Source: Felis catus
Taxonomy: Eukaryota
NCBI RefSeq assembly: GCF_018350175.1
Contig: NC_058368.1
Coordinates: 111,664,001 to 111,728,000, forward strand
DNA: 64,000 nucleotides
Direction: 5' to 3'
How positions within the stretch are numbered: the stretch's first letter is position 1; each line of letters starts with the position of its first letter. Under the pieces are notes generated by a model, which was given only the letters and a program-made list of their open reading frames with translations, made no database searches and had not been told where the DNA came from. Shown one piece after another: positions 47,675 to 59,905 of this stretch. The position numbers and the translations under genes are program-made.

Positions 47675-48480
47675 GAGCAGCGTAGGCAAATATTTCTTAA
47701 CCAAGACACAAAAACTGTTAACCATACAAGAAAATAAGTTAATAAATCTGACCATTTAAACTTAAAAATTTCATCAGAAGACGCTGTTAGGAAGGCAAAA
47801 ACGCAGTCTACAGAATGGAAGAGGAGTTTTCAGAACCTCTGTCTGGCAAACGGCTGGCATCCAGAATATATAAGTAACTTTTGTAAATTGATAGGAAAAA
47901 GAAGACACCCTACGGGAAAAATGTACAAAAGACTTGAAGAGATATTTCATAAAGGAGGTTATCCACTGGCCAAGAAACATAAGAAATAGTGTGGAGCTTC
48001 ATTAGTCCTTAGGGAGCTGCAAGTTAAAACCATAAGAAGATACACTCCACCTACCAGAGTGAGAACAGCGGAACAAAGAAACAAACCCAGAAGATACCCA
48101 GGTGTTGGCAAGGATTTTGTAAAAAAATTTTTCTATAGAAAATTTATTGTCAAATTGGTTGGCAAGGATGTTGAATACCAGAAATCACATCTACTGTGGA
48201 CACCTCTTGGTATGCACTGAGGTTAAACATGTGCCACCTTATGATCTAGCCTTTCCATTCTAGATATATATATCCAACAGAAATGCATGTATATGAACAG
48301 CAAAAGGTGTGTTAGAATGCCCCTAACAATATTTTTAATAGCTCCAAACTGGAAACAATCCAAATTTCCATCAAGAGTAGAATGGATAAGTGAATTGGAG
48401 TAGATATATGTACATATTCACACAGTGGAATGCTATAATGCAATGAAAACCAATAGTCTACAACGATGTGTGATAACACA
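47675..48480 (+). mobile_element. Old L1 (L1MD/L1ME-like) ORF2 3' end, sense
   Basis: 'atttcttaaccaagacacaaaaa...tccagaatatataa...cattagtccttagggagctgcaagttaaaacca...ccaaactggaaacaatccaaatttccatcaagagtagaatggataa'. Confidence 0.8.
48116..48157 (-). mobile_element. Extremely 5'-truncated carnivore/felid L1 3' tag with TSD
   Basis: Minus strand reads caatttgacAATAAAttttctatagaaaaa...; TSD gttggcaaggat at 48104-48115 and 48158-48169. Confidence 0.65.
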
Positions 48481-48919
48481 GAATGCAGCTCACCATACAT
48501 ACAGTTGCACTTCAGTAAAAAGTTAAAACAGAAACAAAACCAAAAACCTAGTGTGAGCAGAACCCCCAAACATGCTCACGGGAGGCATTCTTATAGCTTT
48601 GTGTCATCATGGCATCTTCCACATGTAGGATAGGTTGACAGGGACATCTCGTGCTAGCCAGGCCTCTGGCCCACTGAGGTGTTCACCATGGCCACCTGGC
48701 CAACCTCTGAGCCATGTTACTGGGATAGATGGCAAGGGGAAAGCCTTGGCCTGGGCACAAATTCAAACAAGGACAGAGTCTCCTCAGCCTCGAAGTTCTA
48801 GCTTTGAGGATGCCTTTGTTTTTAATTAAGTTTTAAATACCCAGGTAATATAGAAATATAGTTTCCTTGTAAATTTAAAACTTTACAGATGTTATGATGT
48901 TTTGGATTTGTATTAAAAC

Positions 48920-49055
48920 AGTAAGAGATGGGGAGTGGCTGGGGCCATAGCTGATATCAGATTGGTCATGAACTGATGGCCTTTGGAGCTGGGTAATGGA
49001 TACCTACCACCTTTTATCTATTTTTTATGTGCTTGAAATTTTCTGCAGTAAGAAC
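48920..49055 (+). mobile_element. Old L1 3' terminal fragment
   Basis: 'agattggtcatgaactgat...ggagctgggtaatggatac...tttatgtgcttgaaattttc'. Confidence 0.55.
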
Positions 49056-49164
49056 AAAACACACAGCACATAATTACTGAAAATCACTGATTAACTAAGC
49101 CTCAGATGCTGTGGTTCACCCCTCTCTTTCTCCACTCTCCCCAGTTGACCATTCTTACCAGTTT

Positions 49165-49805
49165 GGGTTTTATCTTGGAAGAAAACAATGGCACTTTTTA
49201 ACTGAGATAATTTGAGCTTTTTTTTTTTTTTTTTTTTTTGAGAGAGAGAGAGCAAGCAGGGGAGGGGCAGAGATGGGAGGAGAGAGAGAGAGAATCCCAA
49301 GCAGGCTCTGCACTGTCAGTGGAGAGCCGGATGCACGGTTCGAACCCATGTACTGTGAGATCATAGCCTGAGCCAAAATCAAGAGTTGGATGCTTAATGG
49401 ACTGAGCCACCTAGGTGCCCCAAAGGATAATTGGAGGTTTTAACAGAGGAACAATATGTATGGTATGGGCAATCCAAAAAGCACAGTACAACACTCTGGG
49501 GCTTGCTGTAGCAAAAGCATTTCTCACCTTTAGGCCCAAGAAACCAAAACCCTGGAGAAGAGAGTGGGGCGCCTTCAAAGAAGCTATGACCTTTGGCTGA
49601 AGGTTGTGGCCAGTTTTTGGAGACCTCATCGGTGGAAACTAGGAGAACGCATATTCCAGTCTCCTTCTCTTCCACCCTTTTGATCTGCTGGTGCTCCTGC
49701 TTGGCTGGGAGGCATGGCCAGTCACTGATGCCATTCATACAGGCCAGCCTCCCCGGACAGAGAGCAGGGCTGAGTGTGGATCTGCAGAGGCATGTGGAAC
49801 ATTGC
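49165..49805 (-). mobile_element. ERVL LTR33-like solo LTR interrupted by a Can-SINE
   Basis: 'caatggcac...gataattggagg...ctcacctttaggccc...gctatgacctttgg...catacaggccagcctccccggacagagagcagggc...gtggatctgcagaggca'. Confidence 0.65.
49218..49421 (-). mobile_element. Can-SINE (SINEC)
   Basis: Poly-T tail, (GA)n, head '...actgagccacctaggtgcccc'; degenerate TSD gataatt[t/g]gag. Confidence 0.93.
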
Positions 49806-50299
49806 TGGGAGAGTGTGGGTATTGCCAGAGTTTTCCTGGGCATTTGCATATGTGTTTCTGAATCCAGAGACAATATGTGGTTTTGTTTTCACTGCATATG
49901 TGTAGAGTCATATATCAAGGCTCATTCAGCAACTTGGGGCTTTCAGTCATCACAGTCCTGGTGTTGTTTCCATGCCAGTACCTCAAGATCAACCTCATTC
50001 TTTTTTTGTGGCCAATGGTATGCCACAGTGTGGACATATGATAGTTTGTCTTGCCATTCCCTCTTGACTAAAACTTAAGTTGCTTCCGTCTTGACAATGT
50101 TGTCTTCACCCGAGAACTCCCTTCCCGTCTTGGGAACATCTGGGAAGTTGCCATATGCCGTATCGTTTGCTCCCGTGGAGTCTCATGCTTGGTTGAACGT
50201 TTTTCCGGGGTGCAGTGTTTACTTCAGTGATCCTAACGTCCTGGGTTTTGGCAGCTGTGGGGAGAATGTCAGGTGAAGAAGGCCGTGAGGACAGGATCA

Positions 50300-50480
50300 G
50301 GCACTGGGAGATGGGTTTGGGGTCCAGGTCTGCCCCTGCCTTGCTGTGTCAACTTGGGCAATCACTTAGCCTCTCACCCTCAAGTTTTTCTTTGCAAACT
50401 ACAGATGTCACTCCTACCTTCTTCACCTACCCCACGGGGTAGCTGTGTGTCCTGAGACATAGTGTAGGAAAGTGCTTGAG
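50300..50480 (+). mobile_element. MIR SINE
   Basis: 'ttgctgtgtcaacttgggcaatcacttagcctctc...aggaaagtgcttg'. Confidence 0.65.
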
Positions 50481-51064
50481 ATGGAAACCACGGATGTCCC
50501 CTGTCAGGGTACAAGGCTCGAACTCCCCTCCTCCAGGCCCCCCTGCAGTGAGGACACGGGGATTGGGGCCAGCTAGTCCGCTGTCTGCCTGCACTCCCCA
50601 TCCCTTGTTCTGACCCATGGCTCACACTCAGTTTCCCTGAGTGACAGGGCTACCCCAGAACAAGGACTGTCTGGCCCTGTGCTTTTGGGTAGTCTTTTCC
50701 CTGGGGCTAATTTGCTATGGGATTTGGGACTCCTTCATCCTAGAAGACTGAATCGGTTCTTGGAAATGGATTGATGTGTCCCTTGGTTGGAGGACTGGTA
50801 GCTGGCCCTTCCCTCTTCTCCGACTCCAGACCAAAGAGATAATGTGTGCCAACGTCACCACCCCACAGGGCAGGGTGACAAGCTAGAGAATGGACCTCTG
50901 TCCCTCTCTTCTTCCAAGGCCTCAAAACTGGCGTTCTCCAGAAAGCTTCTCTCGCAGTAAAGCACAGCTGATATTTCTTGAGTGCTTCCTCTCTGCCAGC
51001 CCCTTCCCAAGTCCTTCCCATACGCTGCTTCGTTACATCCTCTCAAGAACACTCTTGCTCCTAT

Positions 51065-51200
51065 TTCTGTCTCCATCATACAGGCAGGGAAAGAGGCCCA
51101 GAGGGTTTAAGCCTTTGTCCCAGGTCATAGTTAAAAAGAGGCAGGGTTAGGATTCAAAGCTCAGTGTCTCCGACAGCAAGGGCCGTGTGCTTGGCCACTA
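51065..51200 (-). mobile_element. MIR fragment
   Basis: 'gaggcccagagggtttaagcctttgtcccaggtcatagt...ggattcaaagctcag'. Confidence 0.65.
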
Positions 51201-52112
51201 GGCTGTACTCCCATCTGGCTCCCCTGCCATGCCTGACGGCACTCTGCCGGACTTTGGTTTCATATGGTTCTTTGTGATTTGACCCACAGTAACTGCTACC
51301 TGTGCATGCCTTGTTTCCTTGAAAGGAGTGAGAGTGGTGAAAGAAGTAAAGTTGTGTCTTCTTCTTTTTCTCCCCCCAGAGTGACTGGGACAGAGTTGTG
51401 TATACAGTTGGAGCTTAGCAAATGCCGGTTTCTTGTGAAAATCCCCCTGGGGCACTGTTGGCAGGCCCTGCATACCAAAAAGGCGGATTGGCCCTTTATG
51501 GAAGTTATCAGGAAGATGAATAAGGCTTGAAATACAAGACCCTGGCGGGGCTGACTCAGACCTCACAGAATGGCTCGCCCAGCCTTTGAAGAGCAGAGAG
51601 CTATTTACATCCTACTAATGGACCTCACTGGCTGCAAGCAGTCAGAGCCTGTATAAATACCCTGGCCTAAGGCCACAGAGCGAGTGAGGACAGGGACAGG
51701 GAGAGCCGCTTCACTCCTTAGTATGGCATTCATAGGCTGAGAAGCTCCGAAGGTGAGGGTTCTAGTTTGGTGGGAAGCCACATGCGGCAGGCCTGTGCGT
51801 GGTTGCAGAACGGTTTTTAGTTGGCCGTGTGGTATGTACAAGACTCTCCCTGCATGAGATTCTTTGCATAAATAAATGGTGACCAGCTGTTAGGGCTTGT
51901 TTCAAATATAAGTCTGGGAGGGAGAAGGTCAGACTCCCATGAAAGGCAAAATGTTACAATGATAGTCCAGCCCAGTCTGGCACACATCTGCCTAGAGACA
52001 CTCACAGACTGGAAGCACTGGCTGGGATCTATCCCCAGGGCTGGGCTAGAGGGTCTGATAGTCTCTTTAAGTGCCCGCCACCAGTAGAGCTCCGCTCACC
52101 CAGGGAGCTGTG

Positions 52113-52158
52113 GTTTTTGTTGTTGTTGTTGTTGTTGTTGTTTGTTTGTTTGTTTTTT
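52113..52158. repeat. (TGT)n/(TTTG)n compound microsatellite
   Basis: Direct reading. Confidence 0.9.
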
Positions 52159-52674
52159 CAGTAGGGAACACATGAGACCGGGCTCCTGTTGGGGGCCTGT
52201 TTGGTAGAGCCCGCATAGTGCCAGTGACTTCTTCTCTCTTAACGGATGCCCTCCCCCATCCCCTGCCGCTCTCCTTGCCGCATAGCAGACTTTGAGACGG
52301 TACAGGTTGGCTGGGAAGGGAAAGGTCTCCTTCCTTAGGGCGCAGCCCCCAGCCTGTGCCTGGTGGTCATGGCCCACCAGCTGTTTGTGACGCCTTGATT
52401 TGGGAGTAGCTGGTGACAAGTGAGGCAGAAAGTCACCCTCAGTCTGGCTGATTCTCCAGTGCCATTCTTTGCCTGCTGCCGGTGCAAAGCCACCATGGCA
52501 GTCTGGTCTGCCCCCCAGCCAGGCTCTCGGAGGGAGGCAGTGTCCTGTCCTGCTTGTACCCCTTCTCCCCCCACTGCCCCGCCCCCCCCCCAAACAGGGA
52601 ACTCTGTCACTCTCCTCAGACATTTTGGATTATTATTATTACTGCTTTTCTTTTTTTGTTTTTTCCTCTGTGAA

Positions 52675-53100
52675 CTCATTCATTCACCCACCCATTCTGA
52701 AAAGATTTCGTTTGTATCTGCAGCATGCCAGGCCCTGGGAATACAGGGGTAAGCAGGACAGACATGGTCCCAAGTCCCTGGAACTGACATTTCACTGGAA
52801 GGGGGAGCGCAGTCGGACAAAACAGAAGAGATGGAAAGAATGGCAAGTTGGAGAGAGTGCTGCTGAAGAAACAAAGGGGAGAGGCAGCAACAGGAGGAAG
52901 TCTACATAGAGTGGCTTTTCTGAGGAGGTGAATGTGCTGAGGCCTAAAGACAGAAAGAATCCGTCAAGCGAAGAATAGGGGAAAGAGAGACTGGCATATG
53001 CAAAGGTCCTGGGGTGGGGCAAGCTTGGTTCCCTTGTTGCATGAAAACCATCAGCGTGGCTGGCCGTGTAGTGAGTGAAAGCAAACTGAGAATATTCATA
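52675..53100 (-). mobile_element. L2 LINE 3' portion, antisense
   Basis: 'tcattcattcaccc...atgccaggccctgggaatacaggggtaagcaggacagacatggtcc...gcttttctgaggaggtga...gcatatgcaaaggtcctggggtggg'. Confidence 0.75.
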
Positions 53101-53641
53101 CGGGGTGGCAGGCCCTGTGGCAGGCTGGTGTGGAGAGGAGCTGCACAGGTTCAGATAAGGCAAGGAGGTTTCATGGGAGTCGGGTGTGCGGTGCACCGAC
53201 AGTGTTGCTTTCTGAACATCTGGTCTATTCATTCTGAGCATTTCCTGGGAGCCTCGTGCTTGCCAGGCATGGTGCCGAGTGCTGAGGCAGATTAAACTTA
53301 GGACATACCTCTTGGAAGCAAAGAGGAACCCACGGGGATCTGTACTTTGGGTGACATGGTGAGAGCAGGAAGCAGAGCAGCAGTAGGGGCCGTGGCTTCC
53401 GTGAATTCTCTATGAAAAGCTATCCCAGAAGGCCCCACTCCTTTCCACCAATCCCCCTTCTACCTGCCAGCCTGAGCCTGGGGTTTGTTTGGGTTCTTGC
53501 TGCCAGGGTGGCTGAGTGCCACCCAGACCTTGTGGAGTGTGAGCCCTGGGGACACTGCCCTTGGGAGGAGAGGGCGGTCTGCATTAAGGCACAGAGGCCT
53601 CAGCCCTACCTGCAGATGCGGTAGGGCAAACAGCACTTCTT

Positions 53642-53858
53642 TTTTTTTTTTTTTTAATTTTTAAAAAATGTTCATTATTTATTTTTTAGAGAGAGAGAAA
53701 GAGATAGAGTGTGCGAACAGGGGACGGACACACAGAGAGAGAGACATAGAATCTGAAGCAGGCTCCAGGCTCTGAGCTGTCAGCACAGAGCCCGACACGG
53801 GGATCGAACCCACGAACTGAAGTCAGCCGCTTAACCGAATGAGCCACCTAGGCGCCCT
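53642..53858 (-). mobile_element. Can-SINE SINEC_Fc with internal deletion
   Basis: Perfect 17-bp TSD ggcaaacagcacttctt at 53625-53641 and 53859-53875. Confidence 0.95.
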
Positions 53859-54542
53859 GGCAAACAGCACTTCTTAAAGCTGTAGTGCACTGGGTGCTTG
53901 TCACTTCTCCTCCGTGTAGGTGGAGAAATTGAGCCCTGGCGAGAAAGTCACAGTTTATTGACTAGCTGAGAATTCTCTTTTCGATTTCTTGTTTGAAAAG
54001 TACTTAATGAAATCGATGACTTTATCCGCACAGCTCACGGATCTACCTTTGGTGCTGCGAAGATGGCTGACTGTTCCTGAGAGCGTCCAGCAGCTGTGTC
54101 CTGGAGAACCCTGGGGTTGTGCATCCCATGACCTTTATTCCTGAGGAAGGAAGTTATGTCTGGCCTGAGAGGCTCTGTACCCTCGTAGTTTTGGAGGGAT
54201 CATTTCTTTCCTTAGTTTCTTTGCTTTCCTTGCAGGTTTGTGGGAGGTGTTTCTCGGTTTTACCATGCTACCTCTGGGTGGCGCTGTGGAGAACATTGTC
54301 AGTGCTTAGGTAGCTTTGGGATGTGGGCTTTCAGTGGGAGACACGAGGGTGTAGTGAGGAGGCTGTGGCCTCCAGAGCCATGTGGCCTGGCTTCTAGCTG
54401 TTTGACTTTGGAGAAATGGCTTCACTTCCCCGAGCCTTGGGTCCATCAGGGGAGAAGGGAGAGAGTCGGACAGTCATTCCTGGAGCGGTGACGACTCCTT
54501 GCTCGTCAGGTGCTTGCTGTTGAACAACTTCCCTGCGTATGC

Positions 54543-54718
54543 CAGTGATTCCAAACGTGAGTGGGCCTCACAGCCACTTGGAGGGCGTGTGCACAAGCCC
54601 CACCTCAGAGGTTCCCATTCAGTAGGTCTAAGGTGGGGCCTGAGAATCTGCATTTCTCCCATGTTCCCAGGTGATCCTTGATGCTCTTGGCCCCAGGTCC
54701 CCCCTTCGAGAATGACTG
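54543..54718. mobile_element. MER5A (hAT-Charlie MITE)
   Basis: 'cagtgattccaaac...attcagtaggtctaaggtggggcctgagaatctgcatttct...gttcccaggtgat...tcgagaatgactg' with both TIRs. Confidence 0.88.
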
Positions 54719-54749
54719 CATGGAGCTTATTTAATTCAGTCATCATGGC

Positions 54750-54895
54750 AACCCCTTCAACTTGCCATTCTTGTAATTGTCACTTGGCTGTTCAGGAAAT
54801 TAAGGATCGGAGCAGGAAGTAACTTGCCCCGGGTCACACAGACACGAGGTGCTGAAGCTGCGATTCGAATCCAGGGCTGTGCTGTGCAAAGCCGT
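54750..54895 (-). mobile_element. MIR fragment
   Basis: 'gaagtaacttgccccgggtcacacag...gattcgaatccagg'. Confidence 0.7.
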
Positions 54896-57814
54896 TGTTA
54901 ATAGATTCTGTGTAAGGATAGTTGTGACCCCTGATGTGGTGACTGCCGGGTAGGGCTGAAATTCTCAGTAAATGCTGCCTCTCGTCCCTGTACCTCTTGA
55001 GACCAAAATTGGATCTTTATACAAGATGGTAATTGACACTAAATGGTTTTTGTTACTGTTTTGTGGTAAAACAGAAAAGTTGGATGAGAAAATCCAGACT
55101 TGGGAGGCTCGGGAGCAGGACGGGGGCTGACCCGTCACAGTGTTGTTGGCCTCCATGGCCAGGAGGGGCCGCAGACTCATTTGTGTAGCCTCCACTTGGT
55201 ATCCTATAGTCCCTACAGCAAGGGGGCTCCCAGCGGGGGCTCAGGGAGGTCTGGGAGCTCCCTCCCTCCTCTGACCATGGGGCTGTGTGAAAGGGCTTCC
55301 TTTTTAATGTGGAAATTGGTTTGATGCAAGCTAGCCCAGCCTAGCAGCCTTTCCTCTTTCTCTGCCTCTCCTGATGCCCTTGAGGACAAATTGTCCATGC
55401 TGTGAGTCCCCCAAGCCTGTATAAATAGCACGGGTGCTCTCACGGAGGGCTGAGCTCCCGGGAAGCAATGGGCACCTTAATGCTGGGCCTTATAGGGAGG
55501 GAGCTGGACAGTGGAGAGAAGGCAGGGCAGGCCTGGCAGGGGAACAAGCAGGAGCAAAGGGTCAGAGGGTGGAAATGCAAACGTCCTGCTTGAGGTGTAG
55601 CATTAGGCTTCTTCCTATGCTCCAGTCCTGTGTCTGCAGCAATGGTTCCCCTATGGAAGCTTACCTTCTCCTCTGGCCAGACCATAGGCAGCTTGACTAC
55701 GAACTTGAGGCTTTATTAGGATTGTCTCCTGCTGAGATAAGGGGCCAGGACTGCAGGGTTCCAGGAGGGGCCGGTCTCCTCCCCCAGTCTCAGCCTGCTC
55801 TTGGGGCTTCCTAGGAGCATGTTGGCTTTCTTTCTCGATTCTCAGTCCAAACGTTTGTGCTAGGTCTCCATGTGAATTCTCTGGAAGCTGAGTTATCACG
55901 GGGACTTTAGGTAGTCTGTTCTTTGCTTGCCCCACTCCACCGCACCCCACACCCTTATTTTTTTGCTGGCAAGAAGGAGTAGATTCTGGGGAGTCGTGCT
56001 CTCACATCCAGCTCCCCCAGCCTGGAGCAGGCCCTGACTAAGCTGGTACCTTCATCTCATTGAGCTCAACCCTAAACTCTCTGGGTCTTAGCTGGATTAA
56101 GGGCCTAGATTGTTGCTGAGGAGGAAGGAGGTACCTCAGTAATTGCTGGTTAAATCTACCTAACAATAGCCACATGTGGAGGCAGATTTGAGGGTTATTA
56201 AATATGAGCACCATTCTTCCCCCAAACATGCCTTTGTTTGCAGAGCTGGGCAACCTGGGGAGGGGGAGAGAAAATGCTGCAGAGTCAGAAAGGGGCTTCA
56301 GAGGCCCTGTCTCCAGGAAGGAACACATGCTTGGTTCATGGCGAAGCCTGGTGACCAGTGTCCCAGCCCTGGCCTGGGCAAGCCGCCTTCTGAGGGCACC
56401 TTGCTCACAGCCCACGGATGGACTGTGTCTGACTGTAAGCTCTGAAGTCCATGCATGGGCAGCTGCTGTAGCAAAACCAGTCCCTGCTGCTGTTTTAGAC
56501 AGTCTTGTCACCCTGCAGCAGCCACCAACAGTCTCAGGGTGACACAGAGGGAAGGACAGGGTACAGTGCAGGGCCATCCCTAAGCCGGCCCCTCTGCAAC
56601 TATGGGGTACATGGCTACATGCATTTCAGCTTTTTCCTGGTGCCCTTTTCCCACACTAGAGAGTAAAGGGCAAAAAAGTGTGATTTGAAGGCATGCCATT
56701 GGCTTCAAACTCCGGACGGCTCAGTTTCCCTGCTCTGCGCTGTATGGCCTGTGTGCACACTTTGGGTGGCATGGGCTCCTTGTGACCAGTTGCTTTTTTG
56801 GAGACCTAAGGTGGGCTCGTGTGTGTGCGAATCTGTGTGATGGGGAACTGGGTCAGGGAAAGGCCTGGAATAAGGGTGGAGCTGCCTGTCAAGGGGGTGT
56901 TGGGTTCTTCCGTGGCTCTCTTGTCCGGAGCCACGCTTCCCCTGAGGTTGGGCCTCCGGAAGCAAAGGTCCAGCAGGCTCTAGGGCCCTGGAGGCAGGGT
57001 AGCAGGTGTTGGCTGGGGCAGAGGCCACGCGAAGTCTGGGCGCTCTGGAAGGGCTCATGGTCACCAGCCCCTGGTCTGAGGAGCCCCAGAGCCCAGGGCA
57101 GACCTTCCCTTCGGAGGTTTTCTCTCCTGCTGCTCATCAGGCAAGGTAAACGTTGTCAACCATGGAGAGCAGAGTGCAAAGTCCTGCAAAGGGGTGCCTT
57201 TGCAGGTGACGGATCCTTGGATTTTAGCTTTAAATTATGGATTTAAGTGACTCTGTAAACTAGGTTACTAAAAGTTAATTTTTAGAAAGGAACCTCGAAT
57301 ATAATAAAGGCAAATGAAAGATAGGGAAATTACATTATTTACATTATATGATAGATCAAGAACATAGGTATGTTCTTACGAAGAAGTATAGATTTCTTGG
57401 GAGGATGGGAGGTAGTTATCAACCCTCCCATAATGCTGGGGGTAGCCAGGGGTCACGGGGGGCAGTCGGGACCAAATGGCTACAGTGTTTCTGAAAGGCA
57501 CTTTGGCAAACATTAAAATATGTGCACTTGAAAATAGGTACAATGCTTTATCTTTTGTCTGTTTGTACAGGGCTCCGTTTCTTACAATGTTTTTCTCCCA
57601 TTTTTTTTTTTCTGGTAGTGAGCAGCAAATTTTCCTTCTGTGGATACAGTTATCTAATATATTTGTTACAACATTTATTATGTTTGTATATTTACACATT
57701 ATAGTCGGTCCCGAAATGCTGTTATACATAGTGTCTACCCTGCCTGGGGTCCACATCACCAAGGTCAAGAGCCCTGTTTCCAAGAGCCCTGTAATACCAC
57801 CTGTTCTCATTAAA

Positions 57815-58087
57815 GGCAAGAGAGAGGGGTGGGGGGAGCAATGGGAAAGATAGCTGAAGGGGATCAAGATGTACAGACTTCTAGTTATAAGATAAATAAA
57901 TCGTGGAGATGGTAAAGTACAGCGTAAGGAATGCAGTCAGTAACATTGTATTAATTTAGTGTAGTGACAGATGATAACTGTACTTATGTGGTGAGCCCTG
58001 AATTACGTATATAAATGTTGAATCACTCTGTCGTACACTGAAACCCATGCAGTATTGTATGTCAGCCGTACTTGAGGAGAAAAAAGA
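57815..58087 (+). mobile_element. 5'-truncated L1 3' end (L1_Carn/L1MA9-like)
   Basis: 'gaaggggatcaagatgtacagacttctagttataagataaataa...gtgacagatgataact...tgttgaatcactctgtcgtacactgaaac...attgtatgtca'. Confidence 0.85.
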
Positions 58088-58959
58088 AGAGTGGGGATAG
58101 GATAGAAGATGAGGGAGAAGAGAAGTGGGCTTTGGTGTCTGTCAGAGATTCAAATCCCAGGAAGGAATGTGGGCAAAGCCCCTGACGCTGCACCAGCACA
58201 AGGGGAGGACTTGGTGAATGGAGCAATTGTTCCCGGGTGTGTAGGGTTCCTGTGACTGGGGCTTAGTCACCTGGGCCCGGCGAGTGGTGGCTGTTGGTCA
58301 GGTCCGGTCCCTACCCTAACCCTTTCAGGCATCCCCACGGGACAGCAGTCTACCCCCAATCTCACAGACCTCAGGGGAAGGAGTGCCCAGACTCCTGCTT
58401 ACTAATGCATTCCATCGTCAACCCCTCAGAGCCAGGAAGTCCTCCTGTGTGTCTACACTTAATCCCCCTCACCAGATCTGAAGCTTATTTTCTTTCGCTC
58501 TTTCTTTAGGGGGAAAAGACTGAGATTCTGCTCAGGCAAGACATCTGACTTGCGCAGCAAGCGGCTCTATGTTGCAATCTCCCTGTGAAATCACTTCGCA
58601 AGGAGATCCAGGAGGAGGAAGTGAGAGGGGCTGAGGAGCGAGGGGTAACATCCCCGCCTTTGTCCTTTAACGGCTTTTGGAAGGGACGACATCGCTGTAC
58701 GTGCTCATATCTGCCCTTGGGACTTATATCCTCAGCGGCGTGCTCCAGGTCTCCATGTGGCCATTTCAGAGGAATTCGAGATACACTCTGACCCTGCTCC
58801 TCCAGCACACCGCCTTGCACCTCCTCCAGGGCTCCCGAGCTCAGGGCACGTGTCTCTGTCCATCTGTTCACACAACCGGGCCCCTGGGAGGCACCCTCTA
58901 GCACACCCCGTCTCCCGCCCCTGGGGCGATCCAGCCCGAAGTCTTGTTACTTTGATGTC

Positions 58960-59905
58960 CTACAGCCCTTGACTCTGTCCACTTCTGCCCATCTTCACAG
59001 CTGCCCCCTAGTCCAGTTGCCTTTGTCCCCTCCCCAGCTGCAGCAACATCCTAGCCATCCACCCACTTTTATCTTGCCCCCCCCCGTTGGACCGTTCTCC
59101 ATGCAGGGCCCAGAGCCAGCTCTGCCAAACACAGACTGACTCTTGGACTTGCCTGCTTTAGCCTTCCAGTGGCAGCTCATTGTCCTTTGTATAAAGACCA
59201 ACTCTTTTGTATGACCTACGATCCCTTATCTGTGGTCATGATGCCCCTTGCCCTCTGCTTCCCAGGCACTTTGGCCACCTTCTCCCGTTTCCTCAAACTT
59301 ACTACTTTCTCTCCAGGGCCCTGACACACGCTCTCACCTTTTCCTGGACTCCTTTCTGCTCTACCCCAGTCTACCAGGTTAATTGTCCCCTTAGATGTTA
59401 ACTCATTGGTTACTTCTGGCAAAATCTCCCCTGACCCTCAGACTAGCTCCTGTGTTGTTACGAAAATCTCCGCTAGGAGCCTCTGGACTCCCCCCTGGTT
59501 AATCCTCCGAAACTTGATTTCGGCTCAGGTCGTGATCTCACAGTTCATGGGTTCGAGTCCTGCGTCAGGCTCTGCGTGGATAGCGTGGAGCCTGCTTGGA
59601 ATTCTCTGCCTCTCTCTCTACCCCTCCCCTACCTCTCTCAAAAATAGATTACCAAAAACCCCGCCACCACCACTACCAGCAAAAGCTCTCCTAGGCCAGA
59701 ATTCCTTTCCTGTGGCGTCCCTAGCTGAGTTTGCAGGGAGGCATTCGTGAGCATGTCCGTTTGATTGACAGCTGTCTCAACAGCCCCGCACACGCACACT
59801 GTAAGCTCTAGGACAGAGGAGTCCTGTTGGTTTTGTTGTGCGTTTGACCCGGTGTCTAGCATGAAGTTGGGCATGCAGTAGGCACGCCTGTGGAATGAGT
59901 ATTTA
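58960..59905 (+). mobile_element. L2 LINE, sense, interrupted by a Can-SINE
   Basis: 'cctgctttagccttccagtggcagctcattgtcc...ctccagggccctgacacacgct'; 3' end 'actgtaagctctaggacagagg...gtgtctagcat...gcatgcagtaggcac'. Confidence 0.7.
59496..59650 (+). mobile_element. Can-SINE, 5'-degenerate
   Basis: 'cttgatttcggctcaggtcgtgatctcacagttcatgggttcgagtcctgcgtcaggctct...ctctcaaaaata'. Confidence 0.88.

Noticed and set aside
52096..52623. ORF ending in poly-Q
   Set aside because: Poly-Q comes from the (TGT)n microsatellite
57359..57376. AGAACA...TGTTCT steroid-response-element-like palindrome
   Set aside because: Spacer is 6 bp, not the 3 bp required for GR/AR/PR elements
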